Shown piece by piece: positions 23,300-38,386 of a DNA stretch of 64,000 bases. Made by a program: the position numbers and the translations under genes. Within the stretch, counting starts at the first letter, position 1; each line of letters starts with the position of its first letter. Origin of the DNA: Anaeramoeba ignava BMAN (lineage: Eukaryota > Protista > Anaeramoebae); contig JAPDFW010000096.1 in assembly GCA_028826165.1 (NCBI GenBank), positions 1 to 64,000 of the forward strand, in the 5' to 3' direction. The notes beneath the pieces were generated by a model. That model was not told the origin of the DNA. It did no database searches and saw nothing but the letters and a program-made list of their open reading frames with translations.

Positions 23300-25086
23300 T
23301 CATCCTTTACATTTGAATGTTTTAATTTTTCAACATTTTTTCCAACAATTTGAAAAGCAAGACACCATTTATCAAATTCAACTTGATCTTTAGCATCAAT
23401 ATACCAAGTTCTTTCTTTTGTTTTTTTCTTTTTATGTTCTTGGGAAGTAATTGCAAATGTAAATTTAGATTTTCCAATTTTTTCAACTTGTTCAATTTTA
23501 GTAATTTCATCAATATTAATTGTTCCTTTTAATGATTTTTTTTCTGTAACAGTTGCATCTTTATTTTAATTATAAATTTTGATATAAATTTAATTATAAA
23601 TTTAATTATAAATATGATTATAAATTTAATTATAAATTTAATTATAAATTTTGATATAAATTTAATTATAAATTTAATTATAAATTTAATTATAAATTTA
23701 ATTATAAATTTAATTATAAATTTAATTATAAATTTAATTATAAATTTAATTATAAATTTAATTATAAATTTAATTATAAATTTAATTATAAATTTAATTA
23801 TAAATTTAATTATAAATTTAATTATAAATTTAATTATAAATTTAATTATAAATTTAATTATAAATTTAATTATAAATTTAATTATAAATTTAATAAATTT
23901 AATTATAAATTTAATAAATTTAATTTATAAATTTAATTATAAATTTAAATTAATTATATAAATTTAATTATAAATTTAATTATAAATTTAATTATAAATT
24001 TAATTATAAATTTAATTATAAATAAATTATAAAATTTAATTATAAATTTAATTATAGATATAATATAAATTATTATAAATTTAATTATAAATTTTTGATA
24101 TAAATTTGATATAAATTTAATTATAAATTTAATTATAAATTTAATTATAAATTTAATTATAAATTTAATTATAAATTTAATTATAAATTTAATTATAAAT
24201 TTAATTATAAATTTAATTTTATAAATTTTATTTAATTATAAATTTAATTTAAATTTAATTATAAATTTAATTATAAAAATTATAAATTATTTAATTATAA
24301 AAATTTATTATTATTAATTATAAATTTAATTATAAATTTTATTATAAATTTAATTATAAATTTAGTTATAAATTTAATTATAAATTTTATTATAAAATTT
24401 AAATTATAAATTTAATTATAAATTTAATTATAAATTTAATTATAAATTTTGATATAAATTTAATTATAAATTTAATTATAAATTTTATTATAAATTTAAT
24501 TATAAATTTAATTATAAATTTAATTATAAATTTAATTATAAATTTAATTATAAATTTTATTATAAATTTAATTATAAATTTTATTATAAATTTAATTTAA
24601 AATTTTGATTTAATAAATTATAATTATAAAATTTAATTATAAATTTAATTATAAATTTAAATTATAATTTTTATTATAAATTTTATTATAAATTTTATTA
24701 TAAATTTAATTATAAATTTTGATATAAATTTTACTTTTATAACGAGAAGCAAGTTGGGGATCAAAAGTGACAAAATTTGAAAGAGGATTTTTTGATTCGA
24801 TATGAAATTGAACTTTATAATATTTTAAATCTTTATGAGTTAAAATAAACTGTCTAACTTGCCAAGTTTTATGAAAAGCGCCACTTCTTTTCATAAGCCA
24901 ACTGCTTTCAATTTCTCTATTTTCATCATCTTTTTCATCAACTTTTTCATCAACTTGAATTTCTTTATTATTTTTTTTTTCTTTGGTTTCTTTTTTTTCT
25001 TTTGTTTCTTTTGTTTCTTCAATTGGTTTTTCTTTTTGTTGATCTTGTTGTCCATCAAAATCAAAAAAATCAAAATTATCTGTCAT
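23300..25086 (-). CDS. PH-domain protein, 2 exons
   Basis: SWLMKRSGAFHKTWQVRQFILTHKDLKYY | LKGTINIDEI..FTFAI..RTWYIDAKDQVEFDKWCLAF; intron 24734-23559; TGA at 23300. Confidence 0.85.
23559..24734 (-). repeat. Intron filled with the 12-mer (ATTATAAATTTA)n
   Basis: Directly visible between the PH exons. Confidence 0.9.
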
Positions 25087-25348
25087 TTTTTTTAAATTAA
25101 ATCAAATTAAATCAAATTAAATTAAAAATGAAAAATAAAAAAAATGAAAAATAAAAATGAAAAATAAAAATGAAAAAAATTTTTTTTTTAAATAAAAATT
25201 TTAAAAGCAAAAAAGTAAAAATAAACAATTTCATTCCGATTTTTTGATTTGGATTTAATTTTTTAAATGAGATTTTGTTTCAAAAAAAAAAATTAAAAAA
25301 AAGATAAATTTCAAATTAAAACCAATTATCATAAATAAATCCATAAAA

Positions 25349-28300
25349 TTAAAATAACTGAGTTTTATCAGCTATTGATCTTCCTAATTTTGATGTTAAT
25401 CCCATTAATCCAGTTCTGGAAACATTTTTTGCTTCTTCTTTTTTTATTTTTTCAAGTTCTTCATCTTTAAGTTGTTTTTGACATCGATCACAAACTCGAA
25501 CTTTTGTTTGAATACCAATATGTGGAAGTGTCATTCTAGTTGTTGAACAATCTGAACAAACAACTCTACCACAATTTCGACAATGATGCTTTAATAATCA
25601 AAATTAATATTAAAATTAAAATTCATTTATATTTAAATTTGAAATCAAAATTAAAATTCAAAATTAAAATTAAAATTAAAATTAAAATTAAAATTAAAAT
25701 TAAAATTAAAATTAAAATTAAAATTAAAATTAAAATCAAAATTAAAATTAAAATTAAAATTAAAATTAAAATTAAAATTAAAATTAAAATTAAAATTAAA
25801 ATTAAAATTAAAATTAAAATTAAAATTAAAATTAAAATTAAAATTAAAATTAAAATTAAAATTAAAATTAAAATTAAAATTAAAATTAAAATTAAAATTA
25901 AAATTAAAATTAAAATTAAAATCAAAATTAAAATTAAAATTAAAATTAAAATTAAAATTCATTATTAAAATTAAAATTAAAATTAAAATTAAAATCAAAA
26001 TTAAAATTAAATTTAAAATTAAAATTAAATTTAAAATTAAAATTAAAATTAAAATTAAAATTAAAATTAATATCAAAATTAAAATTAATATCAAAATTAA
26101 AATTGAAATTTCTTACTTTTCTTTTGAAAGATCCAAAAAATTGATCACAAAGCATACAAACTTTGCAATAATTATCAGGAATCCAAACAGGAGCTTCTTT
26201 TATAGGTTCACCATCTTGATCAATTTTAAGAGTATCTCTTGATGTCTCACAATCAGAAATTGTTTTATAAATAATATAATACCATCTCCTCTTTTCATCC
26301 TGACTTGAAGCATAAACTGTAAAAGATTTCTTTGGTCCACTAATTGTAAATGCATTTTTAACTTCTGTAATTTTTTAAATTTTTTTTTTCAAAATCGGAA
26401 AAAAATTTTTTAAAAATCGGAAAAAAAATTTTTCTTTTAAAATTATAAAAAAAAACCTCCAGAATCATGAACATTTTGAATACGAGTATTTTTTAATTCA
26501 AATTTTCCATGAAGCTATTTTAATAATTGAAAATATTAAATTAAATTTAAAATATTTAATTTAAAATATTTAATTTATAATATTTAATTTAAAATATTTA
26601 TTTGAATTTAAAATATTTATTTGAATTTAAAATATTTAATTTAAAATATTTAATTTATAATATTTAATTTATAATATTTAAAATATTTAATTTATAATAT
26701 TTAATTTAATTAAAAATATTTAATTTATAATATTTAATTTAAAATATTTAATACACTAAGTGCATTTGAATTGCCTGTTGCATAAAGAAGTAAATCACTA
26801 AATAAGATAAAATGCCTTTTAAGTGTTTTCTTTCGTGAAATCTTCATTAATGGTCCTTGACAAATGTATTTCCTTCCTGGAGTAACTAAATTCTAATCAA
26901 ATAATATTTAATATATAAAAATTTTTTTTTCGAAATTATTTTTTTTTTGAATTAATTTATTTACAATTTTTTTAGAAAATTTATTTTGTATATCTAAAAT
27001 TTTCTGGTTGTTTTCTCTTTCTTTAATTGCATTATTCACAAAATCATTAACATTAGCAATTTCGATTTCAGCTTTTCTTAATTTTTCAAAATCAGAATGA
27101 TTTGGTGGTGTGTATTTTAAAAGTTCCTAAAAATTAAAAATTAAAAAAATCGGAAAAATTAAAAATTAAAAAAATCGGAAAAATTTTCTTGTTAATAAAA
27201 AGAATTAATTAACTTTAAGTAATAATTGGTAACGAGGAAGTCTTTGAACAGGAAGAATTAAAAATGATTCAAGTTTAAATCCTTGGTATTTATTTTGCAA
27301 TTCCTTAAATTATTTTAAAATATTAAGTTAATTTTGAGATTAAAAAATTTTTTTGAATTAATTTTGAATTGAATTTACAAAAGTCCAATCAATATATCGT
27401 TGTTTCTTTGAGAATTGTTCAAGTAAATTAGTTGATTTATAGTAATCCTCAATATACTTTCTATATAATTTCAAATAAGGAATCTGATAAAAAATTGAAT
27501 AAAAAATTTGAATAAAAAATTTGAATAAAAATTTGAATAAAAATTGAATAAAAAATTTGAATAGAAAAATACAAAAGATGTAAAAACTCCTCCAAGTTCC
27601 GAATTATCACCCCAATTATTAACTGCTTTTTCTACATCTGAAAATAGTGAAGTATTAATCTAAAAAAAAATCATATTATCAAAATAAATTTGTAAATAAT
27701 TTTTATTAAAAAAATATTTTTTTGTTATTTTTTTTACTCCTAAAATTTGTTCAACATTTGAGAAGATTTGAGGAAGAAAGTCTTTTGGAAAGATTGAATT
27801 TTTTTTTAAATCAACTAAAATTTCCTGTATTTTTATTTATAAAGTAAATAAATATATAAATAAATTTGTAATTAAATATATAAATAGATTTATAAATAAA
27901 TTGATTTTATAATTAAATATATAAATAAATATATAATTAAATATATAATTAAATATATAAATAAATATATAAACAGATTTATAAATAGATTTATAAATAA
28001 ATTTGTAAATAAATTTGTAAATAAATATATAAATAATTAATTTTATAATTAAATATATAAATAAATATATAAATAAATATATAATTAAATATATAATTAA
28101 ATATATAAATGAATATATAATTAAATATATAAATAAATATATAAATAAATCTATAAATGAATATATAATTAAATATATAAATAGATATATAAATAATTAT
28201 ATAAATAAATTTGTAAATAAATTTGAGTTTGAAAAGTAAACAAACTTTAACAAGAATTTGCAAATTTTTAACATAACTTCTTTCTGTTTCAAGTATTTCT

Positions 28301-28485
28301 TTTGCAACTAATGAACGTTTTCTCATTTCTTTTTGCATTTGTTCTTGATTAACTTCTGATTCTTTTTCATTATCATTTCCATCATCATTTTCCTTTTCTT
28401 GTTCTTGTTCTTGTTCTTGTTCTTGTTCTTGTTCTATTTGCTGATCAAATTCTTTTTCTTGTTCTTTTTCTAAATCAAATTCCAT
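25349..28485 (-). CDS. DH-PH-FYVE Rho GEF (FGD/frabin-like), multi-exon
   Basis: DH ([48 protein letters not shown]), PH (RHFYLISDLLLYA) and FYVE (WIPD..CMLC..KRK|[20 protein letters not shown]). Intron 26116-25589 is (AAAATT)n. Confidence 0.9.
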
Positions 28486-28566
28486 TTCCAAAAAAAAAAT
28501 GAAAAAAAAAATAAAATTAAAAATTTTTGCTCATTTTTTTTTCATTTTTTTATTATAAATTTCCAA

Positions 28567-30334
28567 ATGAAAATTCTTTTTTGTTTTTTCTTTTCTTTTT
28601 CTTTACTTTTTTTAGTAAAATCTCATTCAAATATAATTGAAATGACAAAAGATAATTATCAAGAAATTCTTAGTGATTTAGATTCTTGTTTAGTAATAAA
28701 ATATTATACAACTTATTGTGGTTTGTATTTAAAATCAAATTACAATTATAATTATAATTAAAATTACAATTACAAATACAAATATAATTACAATTACAAT
28801 TACAATTACAATTACAAATACAAATACAAATACAATTATAATTACAATTACAAATATAAATATAATTACAAATACAATTACAATTACAAATTCAAATATA
28901 ATTACAATTACAATTACAATTACAATTACATTTATAATTAAAATTAAAATTAAAATTAAAATTAAAATACAATTACAATTACAATTACAATTACAATTAC
29001 AATTACAAATTACAATTACAATTATAATTATAATTAAAATTACAATTATAAATATAATCACAATTAAAATTACAATTACAATTAAAATTATAATTATAAT
29101 TACAATTTACAATTACAATTACAATTACAAATACAAATACAAATACAATTATAATTACAATTACAATTACAATTACAATTACAATTACAAATACAATTAC
29201 AAATACAATTATAATTACAATTACAATTACAAAATAAATTACAATTACAATTACAAATTAATTACAATTACAATTACAATTTACAATTTATAATTATAAA
29301 TAATTATAATTACAATTACAATTACAATTACAATTAAAATTAAAATTATAATTATAATTACAATTACAATTACAATTACAATTATAATTACAATTACAAA
29401 TATAAATACAATTACAAATACAAATACAATTACAAATACAAATACAAATACAAATACAATTACAAATACAATTACAAATACAATTACAATTACAAATACA
29501 AATATAATTATAATTACAAATACAATTACAATTACAATTAAAATTAAAATTATAAATACATTTACAATTAAAATTAAAATTACAAATATAATTATAATTA
29601 CAATTACAATTACAATTACAATTAAAATTAAAATTATAATTATAATTACAATTACAATTACAATTACAATTACAATTACAATTACAATTACAATTACAAT
29701 TATAATTACAATTACAATTACAATTACAATTACAATTACAATTACAATTACAATTACAATTACAAATACAATTATAAATATAATTACAATTACAATTACA
29801 AATATAATTACAATTACAATTACAAATACAAATACAAATACAATTACAATTACAATTACAATTACAATTACAATTACAATTAAAATTAAAATTAAAATTA
29901 AAATTATAATTAAAATAAAAATAATATTAATATTAAAATCGGATAAAAAATTATAATTAGGTGCTTGCAAAAGTTTTAAATTTACTTATGAAAAATTAGC
30001 AGAACATTTTGAAAATAATGAAAAAATTAAATTTTTAGAAGTTGAATGTGATGGTAAAGGAAAAGAAGTATGCATAAAAGCAAAACTAAAAGGATATCCA
30101 ACAATTCACCTTTTTGGAAAAAATAAAGAATTCCCAATTCAATTTGAATCAGCAAGATTACTTTCAAAATTAATTGATTTTGTTGATTCAAGTTGTTTTG
30201 ATGAAGAAACTGAAAATGAACCAATTTCTTTTCAAAAAAGACAAATTGAAAAACCATTAACAAGAAAAGAAAAGTTACAAACAATGTTGAATCCAATGTC
30301 GAAAAAAATATTTGGCAAAAAAAAAGAATTATAA
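28567..30334 (+). CDS. Signal-peptide single thioredoxin-domain (PDI-like) protein, CGAC active site, C-terminal KKEL; 2 exons
   Basis: Exon 1 (28567-28720) plus exon 2 (29961-30334) gives KYYTTYCGACKSFK..EVECD..KGYPTIHLF..GKKKEL*. Confidence 0.85.
28721..29960 (+). repeat. Intron filled with (ACAATT/ACAAAT)n
   Basis: GT at 28721, AG at 29959-29960; it splits the CxxC motif. Confidence 0.9.
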
Positions 30335-30497
30335 AAGTGGAATAAGGAAAAAAAAGAAGAATGAAAAAAAAATTTTTTCTCCTTTTTTTTTTTAATTTTC
30401 TCCTTTTAAAAAAAAACACAAAAATTATTTTTTCATTTTTCATTTTTCATTTTTCATTTTTCATTTTTTCATTTTTCATTTTTCATTTTTTTTTTAA

Positions 30498-33400
30498 ATG
30501 GGAAGATCCAAAAAAAAATCACATAAAAAAAGAGAAGCACCAAAAACTACAGTAAAATCTTGGTGGTGTTGGTATTGTGAAAGGCAATTTGATAACGAAA
30601 AAACTCTTATTCAACATCAAAGAGCTAAACATTTTAAATGCATGAGATGTTATAAAAAATTTAGTCATACTGGTGCTTTAATTGTTCATTTAATGCAGGT
30701 TCATAAACAAACTTTGCAAAGGTAATTATCCAAAATCAAATTCAATTTCAAATTCAATTTCAAATTCAATTTCAATTTCAATTTCAAATTTCAAATTCAA
30801 AATCAAATTCAATTTCAATTTCAATTTCAATTTCAATTTCAATTTCAATTTCAATTTCAAAATCAAAATCAAAATCAAATTCAAAATCAATTTCAATTTC
30901 AAATTCAATTTCAAATTCAAATTCAATTTCAAATTCAAATTCAATTTCAAATTCAAATTCAATTTCAAATTCAATTTCAAATTCAATTTCAATTTCAATT
31001 TCAAAATCAAATTCAAATTCAATTTCAAATTTCAATTTCAAATTCAATTTCAAATTCAATTTCAATTTCAAATTCAATTTCAATTTCAAATTCAAAATCA
31101 AAATTAAATTTCAATTTCAAATCAATTTCAATTTCAAATTAAATTTCAAAATCAATTTCAATTTCAATTTCAAAATCAATTTCAATTTCAATTTCAATTT
31201 CAATTTCAATTTCAATTTCAATTTCAAAATCAAAATCAAATTCAATTTCAATTTCAAATTCAATTTCAAATTCAATTTCAATTTCAAATTCAATTTCAAT
31301 TTCAATTTCAAAATCAAATTCAATTTCAAAATCAATTTCAAAATCAATTTCAATTTCAAATTCAATTTCAATTTCAAAATCAATTTCAAAATTAAATTTC
31401 AATTTCAAAATCAAATTCAATTTCAAAATCAATTTCAAAATCAATTTCAATTTCAAATTCAAATTCAAATTCAAATTCAAATTCAAATTCAATTTCAATT
31501 TCAATTTCAAAATCAATTTCAATTTCAATTTCAATTTCAAAATCAAATTCAATTTCAAATTCAATTTCAATTTCAATTTCAATTTCAATTTCAAATTCAA
31601 TTTCAAATTCAATTTCAAATTCAATTTCAATTTCAATTTCAATTTCAAAATCAAATTCAATTTCAAAATCAAAATCAATTTCAATTTCAAATTAAATTTC
31701 AATTTCAATTTCAAATTCAAAATCAATTTCAATTTCAAATTCAATTTCAAATTCAAATTCAAAATCAAAATCAAAATCAATTTCAAAATCAAATTAAAAA
31801 TCAAAATTAAAAATCAAAATCAAAATTAAAATCCAAAAAATAGAGTGCCAAATAGTATAGAAGGTAGAGATAACCCAGATATAACAATAGTAGGAATGGA
31901 TGGAATACCCGATGAAGATTACGATGATTTCATGCTAAGACATGATCCAAATTATCAACCAAAAAAATTAAAAACAAATACAACAATACCAAGTGTAGGA
32001 CTTCCAGTAACAAACATACCGACAACTATCACAGCATTACCACCCACAGAGCAGACAATAATAAATGGGAATACCCCATATACACCATATCAACAACAAC
32101 AACCAAATTTCCATACAGCAAATCCAGCAATAACACAATCAACACCAACAACTTATCCAATTATGAATAACAATTTATTAATAAGAAATAATCCGCAATT
32201 ACAAAATATCCCCTCATATAATAATATCCCCCAATATCAAACCACACAACCTGAAAGAACAACTCCCCAATATCAACAATTTCAAGGAAATAATGTGGTT
32301 TATCCAAATTATCCACCACAATATCCTTCATTTCAAAATCAACCTCAAAATCAATTGAATTCAAATATTAATTCTCCTCAAAATTATCCTCCACCACAAA
32401 ACTTCCCACAACAACGAATCCCTAATTCTTTTCAGCCTCAAACACCCCCAAATACTCCTCAACAACTTCTTCAAAGACAGAATCAACCTTATCCACCTCC
32501 AAATCAACCCTCACAAAAGCCTCCTTTTATATTTCCTCAAATTAATCCAAATTCACAACCAAATAATTCTTTGGATAAACCACCTACTGTATTAGAATCT
32601 GCACAAAATACACAATATTCTTCCAAGTACGTTTATTTCATTTAAAATTATTTAATTTAAAATTATTTAATTTAAAATTATTTCCAATTTAAAATTATTT
32701 CCAATTTAAAATTATTTCCAATTTAAAATTATTTGATTTAAAATTATTTAAAATTATTTAAAATTATTTAATTTAAAATTATTTCCAATTTAAAATTATT
32801 TAATTTAAAATTATTTAAAATTATTTCCGATTTAAAATTATTTAAAATTTAAAATTATTTGATTTAAAATTATTTAAAATTATTTCCGATTTAAAATTAT
32901 TTCCAATTTAAAATTATTTCCAATTTAAAATTATTTAATTTAAAATTATTTAAAATTATTTAATTTAAAATTATTTCCGATTTAAAATTATTTCCAATTT
33001 AAAATTGATTTAATTTAAAATTATATTTAATTTAAAATTATTTCCGATTTAAAATTATTTCCGATTTAAAATTATTTAAAATTTAAAATTATTTCCGATT
33101 TAAAATTATTTCCAATTTAAAATTATTTCCAATTTAAAATTATTTAATTTAAAATTATTTCCAATTTAAAATTATTTGATTTAAAATTATTTGATTTAAA
33201 ATTATTTAATTTAAAATTATTTCCAATTTAAAATTATTTCCAATTTAAAATTATTTCCAATTTAAAATTATTTCCAATTTAAAATTATTTAATTTAAAAT
33301 TATTTCCAATTTAAAATTATTTCCGATTTAAAATTGATTTAAAATTATTTAATTTAAAATTATTTAAAATTATTTTATTTAAAATTATTTAAAATTATTT

Positions 33401-34381
33401 CCAATTTAAAATTATTTCCAATTTAAAATTATTTCCAATTTAAAATTATTTAATTTAAAATTATTTAATTTAAAATTATTTAATTTAAAATTATTTAATT
33501 TAAAATTATTTCCGATTTAAAATTATTTAAAATTATTTCCGATTTAAAATTATTTCCAATTTAAAATTATTTCCAATTTAAAATTATTTAAAATTGATTT
33601 AAAATTATTTCCAATTTAAAATTATTTAATTTAAAATTATTTGATTTAAAATTATTTTATTTAAAATTATTTAATTTAAAATTATTTCCAATTTAAAAAT
33701 TATTTAAAATTATTTCCGATTTAAAATTATTTCCAATTTAAAATTATTTCAATTTAAAATTATTTAAAATTGATTTAAAATTATTTCGATTTAAAAATTA
33801 TTTTAATTTAAAATTATTTTATTTAAAATTATTTCCGATTTAAAATTATTTTATTTAAAATTATTTAAAATTTAAAATTATTTTATTTAAAATTATTTAA
33901 AATTATTTTAATTTAAAATTATTTTATTTAAAATTGATTTAAAATTTTTAATTTAAAATTATTTCCAATTTAAAATTATTTAAAATTATTTCCGATTTAA
34001 AAATTATTTAAAATTATTTCCAATTTAAAATTATTTCCGATTTAAAATTATTTCCAATTTAAAATTATTTCCAATTTAAAATTATTTCCAATTTAAAATT
34101 GATTTAAAATTATTTAATTTAAAATTATTTCCAATTTAAAATTATTTAAAATTGATTTAAAATTATTTTATTTAAAATTATTTCCTATTTAAAATTATTT
34201 GATTTTATTTAAAATTATTTATTTAAAATTATTTGATTTAATTTAAAATTTTTTCATTTAATTTAGTCCTCAAATTCAACACCCTACTCGTGAAGTCTTT
34301 ATTTTCCGAAATGATGAATTTTCAATGGAAGAACTTAGATCTTCTCTTTCTAAATACCTTCCTCGTTCAAAAAATAATTAA
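30498..34381 (+). CDS. ZNF207: BuGZ/ZNF207 (SUF4-like) zinc-finger protein, 3 exons
   Basis: MGRSKKK..WCWYCERQFDNEKTLIQHQRAKHFKC..H..QVHK|VPNSIEGRD..GMDGIP, a P/Q-rich middle, and a last exon NDEFSMEELRSSLSKY (GLEBS-like). Confidence 0.9.
30722..31843 (+). repeat. BuGZ intron 1 filled with (TTTCAA/ATTCAA)n
   Basis: GT at 30722, AG ending at 31843. Confidence 0.9.
32627..34266 (+). repeat. BuGZ intron 2 filled with a ~15-17-mer (AATTTAAAATTATTTCC)n
   Basis: GT at 32627, AG ending at 34266. Confidence 0.9.
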
Positions 34382-35062
34382 CATTAAACAAAGTAAATTG
34401 ATTAATTCATTCTTTCATTTGTTTTCCTTTTTGTGAATTTTTTCCCTATTTTTTTGCTTTTTTTTTCTTAAATTTTTTTTTTTTTGGCTTTTTAAATTTT
34501 TCTTTTTTTGTTTTGGATTGAAATATTCTTAAAACAACAACAAAAAAAAAAAGCAAAAAAAAAAAGGAAAAATTCCAAAATTTAAAAAATATTTTTTTTT
34601 TGTGAGAAATTTTGAAATAATATTTAACATATATATATTTTTTTGTGTTTATTTCTTTATTTATATTTAGATATTTCACTCTCTCTATATATATTATATA
34701 TTAAATATTTTTTTTCTGTTGATTGATTGATTGTTAAAACAAAACAAAACAAAACAAAACAATTTTTTTGACTTTATTTATTTAACGTAAGTCGAAAAAA
34801 ACAAAAACAATTTATTTTTATTTCAACATAAAAAAAAATAATTTTAATCCAAAAAATAAAAAATAATCCAAAAAATAAAAAGTAAGTTTTTCAAATTATT
34901 ATTTAATTTCAAAATCCTTTTTTTTTTCAAAAGAAATTTGATTTAATGAAGAAAACAGAAACTTTTTAATAAATCAAAAATAAATAAAAAATGAATTTTT
35001 GTTTTAATTTTTATTTGTGAAAACAACAGAAAAACAAAACTTAAAAAATTTTTGCAATTCTT

Positions 35063-38000
35063 TTAAGAAAATTTAACTCCTGAACAATAATTTTGGGTAT
35101 CTTTTTCATCTGGATAATGAATTTTTTGAATTTCTTTAATTCCATTTTTGTTCCTAATCCAAGATTCAATTTCTCTTGAATTTTCTTGAACTTTAATAAT
35201 TCTTGTTCCTTTTTTTTTAAATAATTTAATAATTTAATAATTTAATAATTTAATAATTTAATAATTTAATAATTTAATAATTTAATAATTTAATAATTTA
35301 ATATTTTAATATTTTAATAATTTAATAATTTAATAATTTAATAATTTAATAATTTAATAATTTAATAATTTGGATATTTTAATAATTTAATAATTTAATA
35401 ATTTAATAATTTAATAATTTAATAATTTAATAATTTAATAATTTAATAATTTAATAATTTAATAATTTAATATTTTAATAATTTAATAATTTGATAATTT
35501 AATATTTTAATATTTTAATAATTTAATAATTTAATAATTTAATAATTTAATAATTTAATAATTTAATAATTTAATAATTTTAATAATTTAATAATTTAAT
35601 AATTTAATAATTTAATAATTTAATAATTTAATAATTTAATATTTTAATAATTTAATAATTTAATATTTTAATAATTTAATAATTTAATATTTTAATATTT
35701 TAATAATTTGATAATTTAATATTTTAATAATAATTCAAACAAACCTTGAGGATGTAATGGTTGAGGTTCATAATATCCAAAACCAGATTTTCTTCCATAA
35801 GCAAGATAAATTCCATTATAATTTCCAATAAAATCATTTACATGATCATGTCCAACAAAAACTCCATAAACATCACCTTGTTCAAGAAATGTTTGATAAA
35901 GTCCTGTATTTTTTGGCCAACAAGCAATTATTTCTTCTTTAATTCCTTTTGTTTTAATTTCAAAATATAAATCAATTTAATAAATATATTTTATAAATAT
36001 TAAATTATTTCCAAAACTTACCATAACAGATATTATTATTCCAAACATCCAAGTATTCAGGAAGTGGGATATGAAAAAATGCTAAAGCAGGAATTGTTCT
36101 GTTATTCTTTTCCTTCAAATAATTTGATATATTCTTATACCATTCAATTTGATTATGAAAAACACAACCCCAACCAGGGATACCTTCACAAGTTTTATCA
36201 CCTATTTATTCAATTAAAAAAGGAATTATTTTGATTTGAATTGAATTTAGTTTAAATGATTTTGATTTTATATGATTTGATTTGATTTGATTTGATTTTA
36301 TTTAATTTAATTTTTGATTTTAATTTAAAATATTTTTAATATTTTAATAATTAAATAATTTGATTTAATTTAATAATTTGATAATTTGATTTAATTTATA
36401 ATTTAATATTTTAATTTAATTCAAACAAATTTTGATTTTGATTTTGGTTGAGATTTCATTTTGATCCAAAACCAGATTTTTCTTTTAAGATTTTAATTTT
36501 GATTTTGATTTTGATTTTAAATCATTTATTTGATCATTCCAACAAAAATTTGATAAACATCATTTTGTTCAAGAAATTTTTGATTTTGTATTTTTGGCCA
36601 ACAAGCAATTATTTCTTTTTTTTCCTTTTGATTTTAATTTCAAAATATTTCATTTTAATAAATATATTTTATGATTTTTATTTCCAAAACTTACCATAAC
36701 AGATATTATTATTCCAAACATTTTATTTTTGGGATTTGAAAAATGAGGAATTGATTTCTGTTATTTTTTCCTTCATTTTAATTTGAGATTTTGATACCAT
36801 TCAATTTGATTATGAAAAACACAACCCCAACCAGGGATACCTTCACAAGTTTTATCACCTATTTATTCAATTAAAAAAGGAATTATTTTGATTTGAATTG
36901 AATTTAGTTTGAATTGATTTTGATTTGATTTGATTTGATTTGATTTGATTTTATTTTAATTTTGATTTAGATTTAATTTGATTTGATTTGATTTGATTTG
37001 ATTTGATTTGATTTTGATTTAATTTAATTTGATTTAGATTTAATTTAATTTTGATTTTGATTTTGATTTTGATTTGATTTGATTTGATTTGATTTGAATT
37101 GAATTTAGTTTAAATTGATTTGATTTAATTTAATTTTGATTTTGATTTTGATTTTGATTTTGATTTTAATTTGATTTAATTTGATTTTGATTTTGAATTT
37201 GGATTTTGATTTTGATTTTGATTTTGAATTTGAATTTTGATTTTAATTTTGATTTAATTTGATTTTGATTTTGATTTTGAATTTGAATTTTGATTTTAAT
37301 TTTGATTTAATTTGATTTTGATTTTGATTTAATTTAATTTAATTTGATTTAGATTTAATTTGATTTAGATTTAATTTAAATTGATTTTAAAAACCTGTAT
37401 CAAAAAAATAAAGAATTAATTTAGTTTCATCTGAATCTGAACCAAGAACTTCAAGATAATAATTAGAAACTCCATGAATATTTTCTGGTCCTTTTTGTGA
37501 ATAACTGTATTCATTTTTTATATCTAAATCAATAAATTTTCTTCTTGAATAATAACTATTCCAAGAAAAAAAAATAATAATAATAATAATATTAAAATCA
37601 AAATTAAAATTTGTGTTAATGATTAAATTTGAAATTCAAACTCGATAAAATCATGATTTCCAAAAGTAACAGCATAATTTTTTTGATAAAAATTTGTAAA
37701 ATAAACTGCTTTTTGCCAAGCTATTAGTGGATCTTGAAAACCTTCACAAATTAAATCTCCCTATTTTAAAAAATTTTGAATTTAAAAAAAAAAATGAAGA
37801 AATTTAAATTTTAATTGAAAAATATAATTAAAAGAATTCATATTATTAAATAAAATAAAAATCAAGTTAAATTTTAATTTGAATTTTAATTTGAATTTTA
37901 ATTTTAATTTTAATTTTAGATCAATTTTTTATTTTTTATTTTAATTTTAATTTTAATTTGAATTTTAATTTGAATTTTAATTTGAATTTTAAATTGAATT

Positions 38001-38386
38001 TTAAATTGAATTTTAATTTTAATTTTAATTGACAGCTGTTAGTTTTGCTTTTATTAATTTTAATTTAATTTAATAAAAATTAAATTAAAAAGAGGAAGTT
38101 CAAATAAAATTTATCACAAAAAATAAATAATCAATAAAAATCAAATAATAAATAATAAAATACCTGTAAAAACAACGAAATCTGTATCTTTTCCTTCAGT
38201 TTTAAAATAAACTTTTTGTGCTTGATCCGTTTGCATATTTTGAGCAAAAGAATATCCATAATGTAAATCAGTTAATTGCATAATTTGAAAAGTTTTATCT
38301 GTTTTAAAGCGAAGTGATTCTTTTGTGAAACTAAACTGGAAAATCAAAAAGCTAAACAGAATAAAACTAAAAAAATTTTCAAACAT
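35063..38386 (-). CDS. Secreted calcineurin-like metallophosphoesterase, Dcr2/PAP29-like (copy A), multi-exon
   Basis: Signal peptide, then LRFKTDKTFQIMQLTDLHYG, VFTGD, FGNHD, GVSNY, AFFHIPLPEY, GHDHVND, GRKSGFG, GTRII. Has an extra base at the exon 2 acceptor and a degenerate internal duplicate. Confidence 0.85.
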
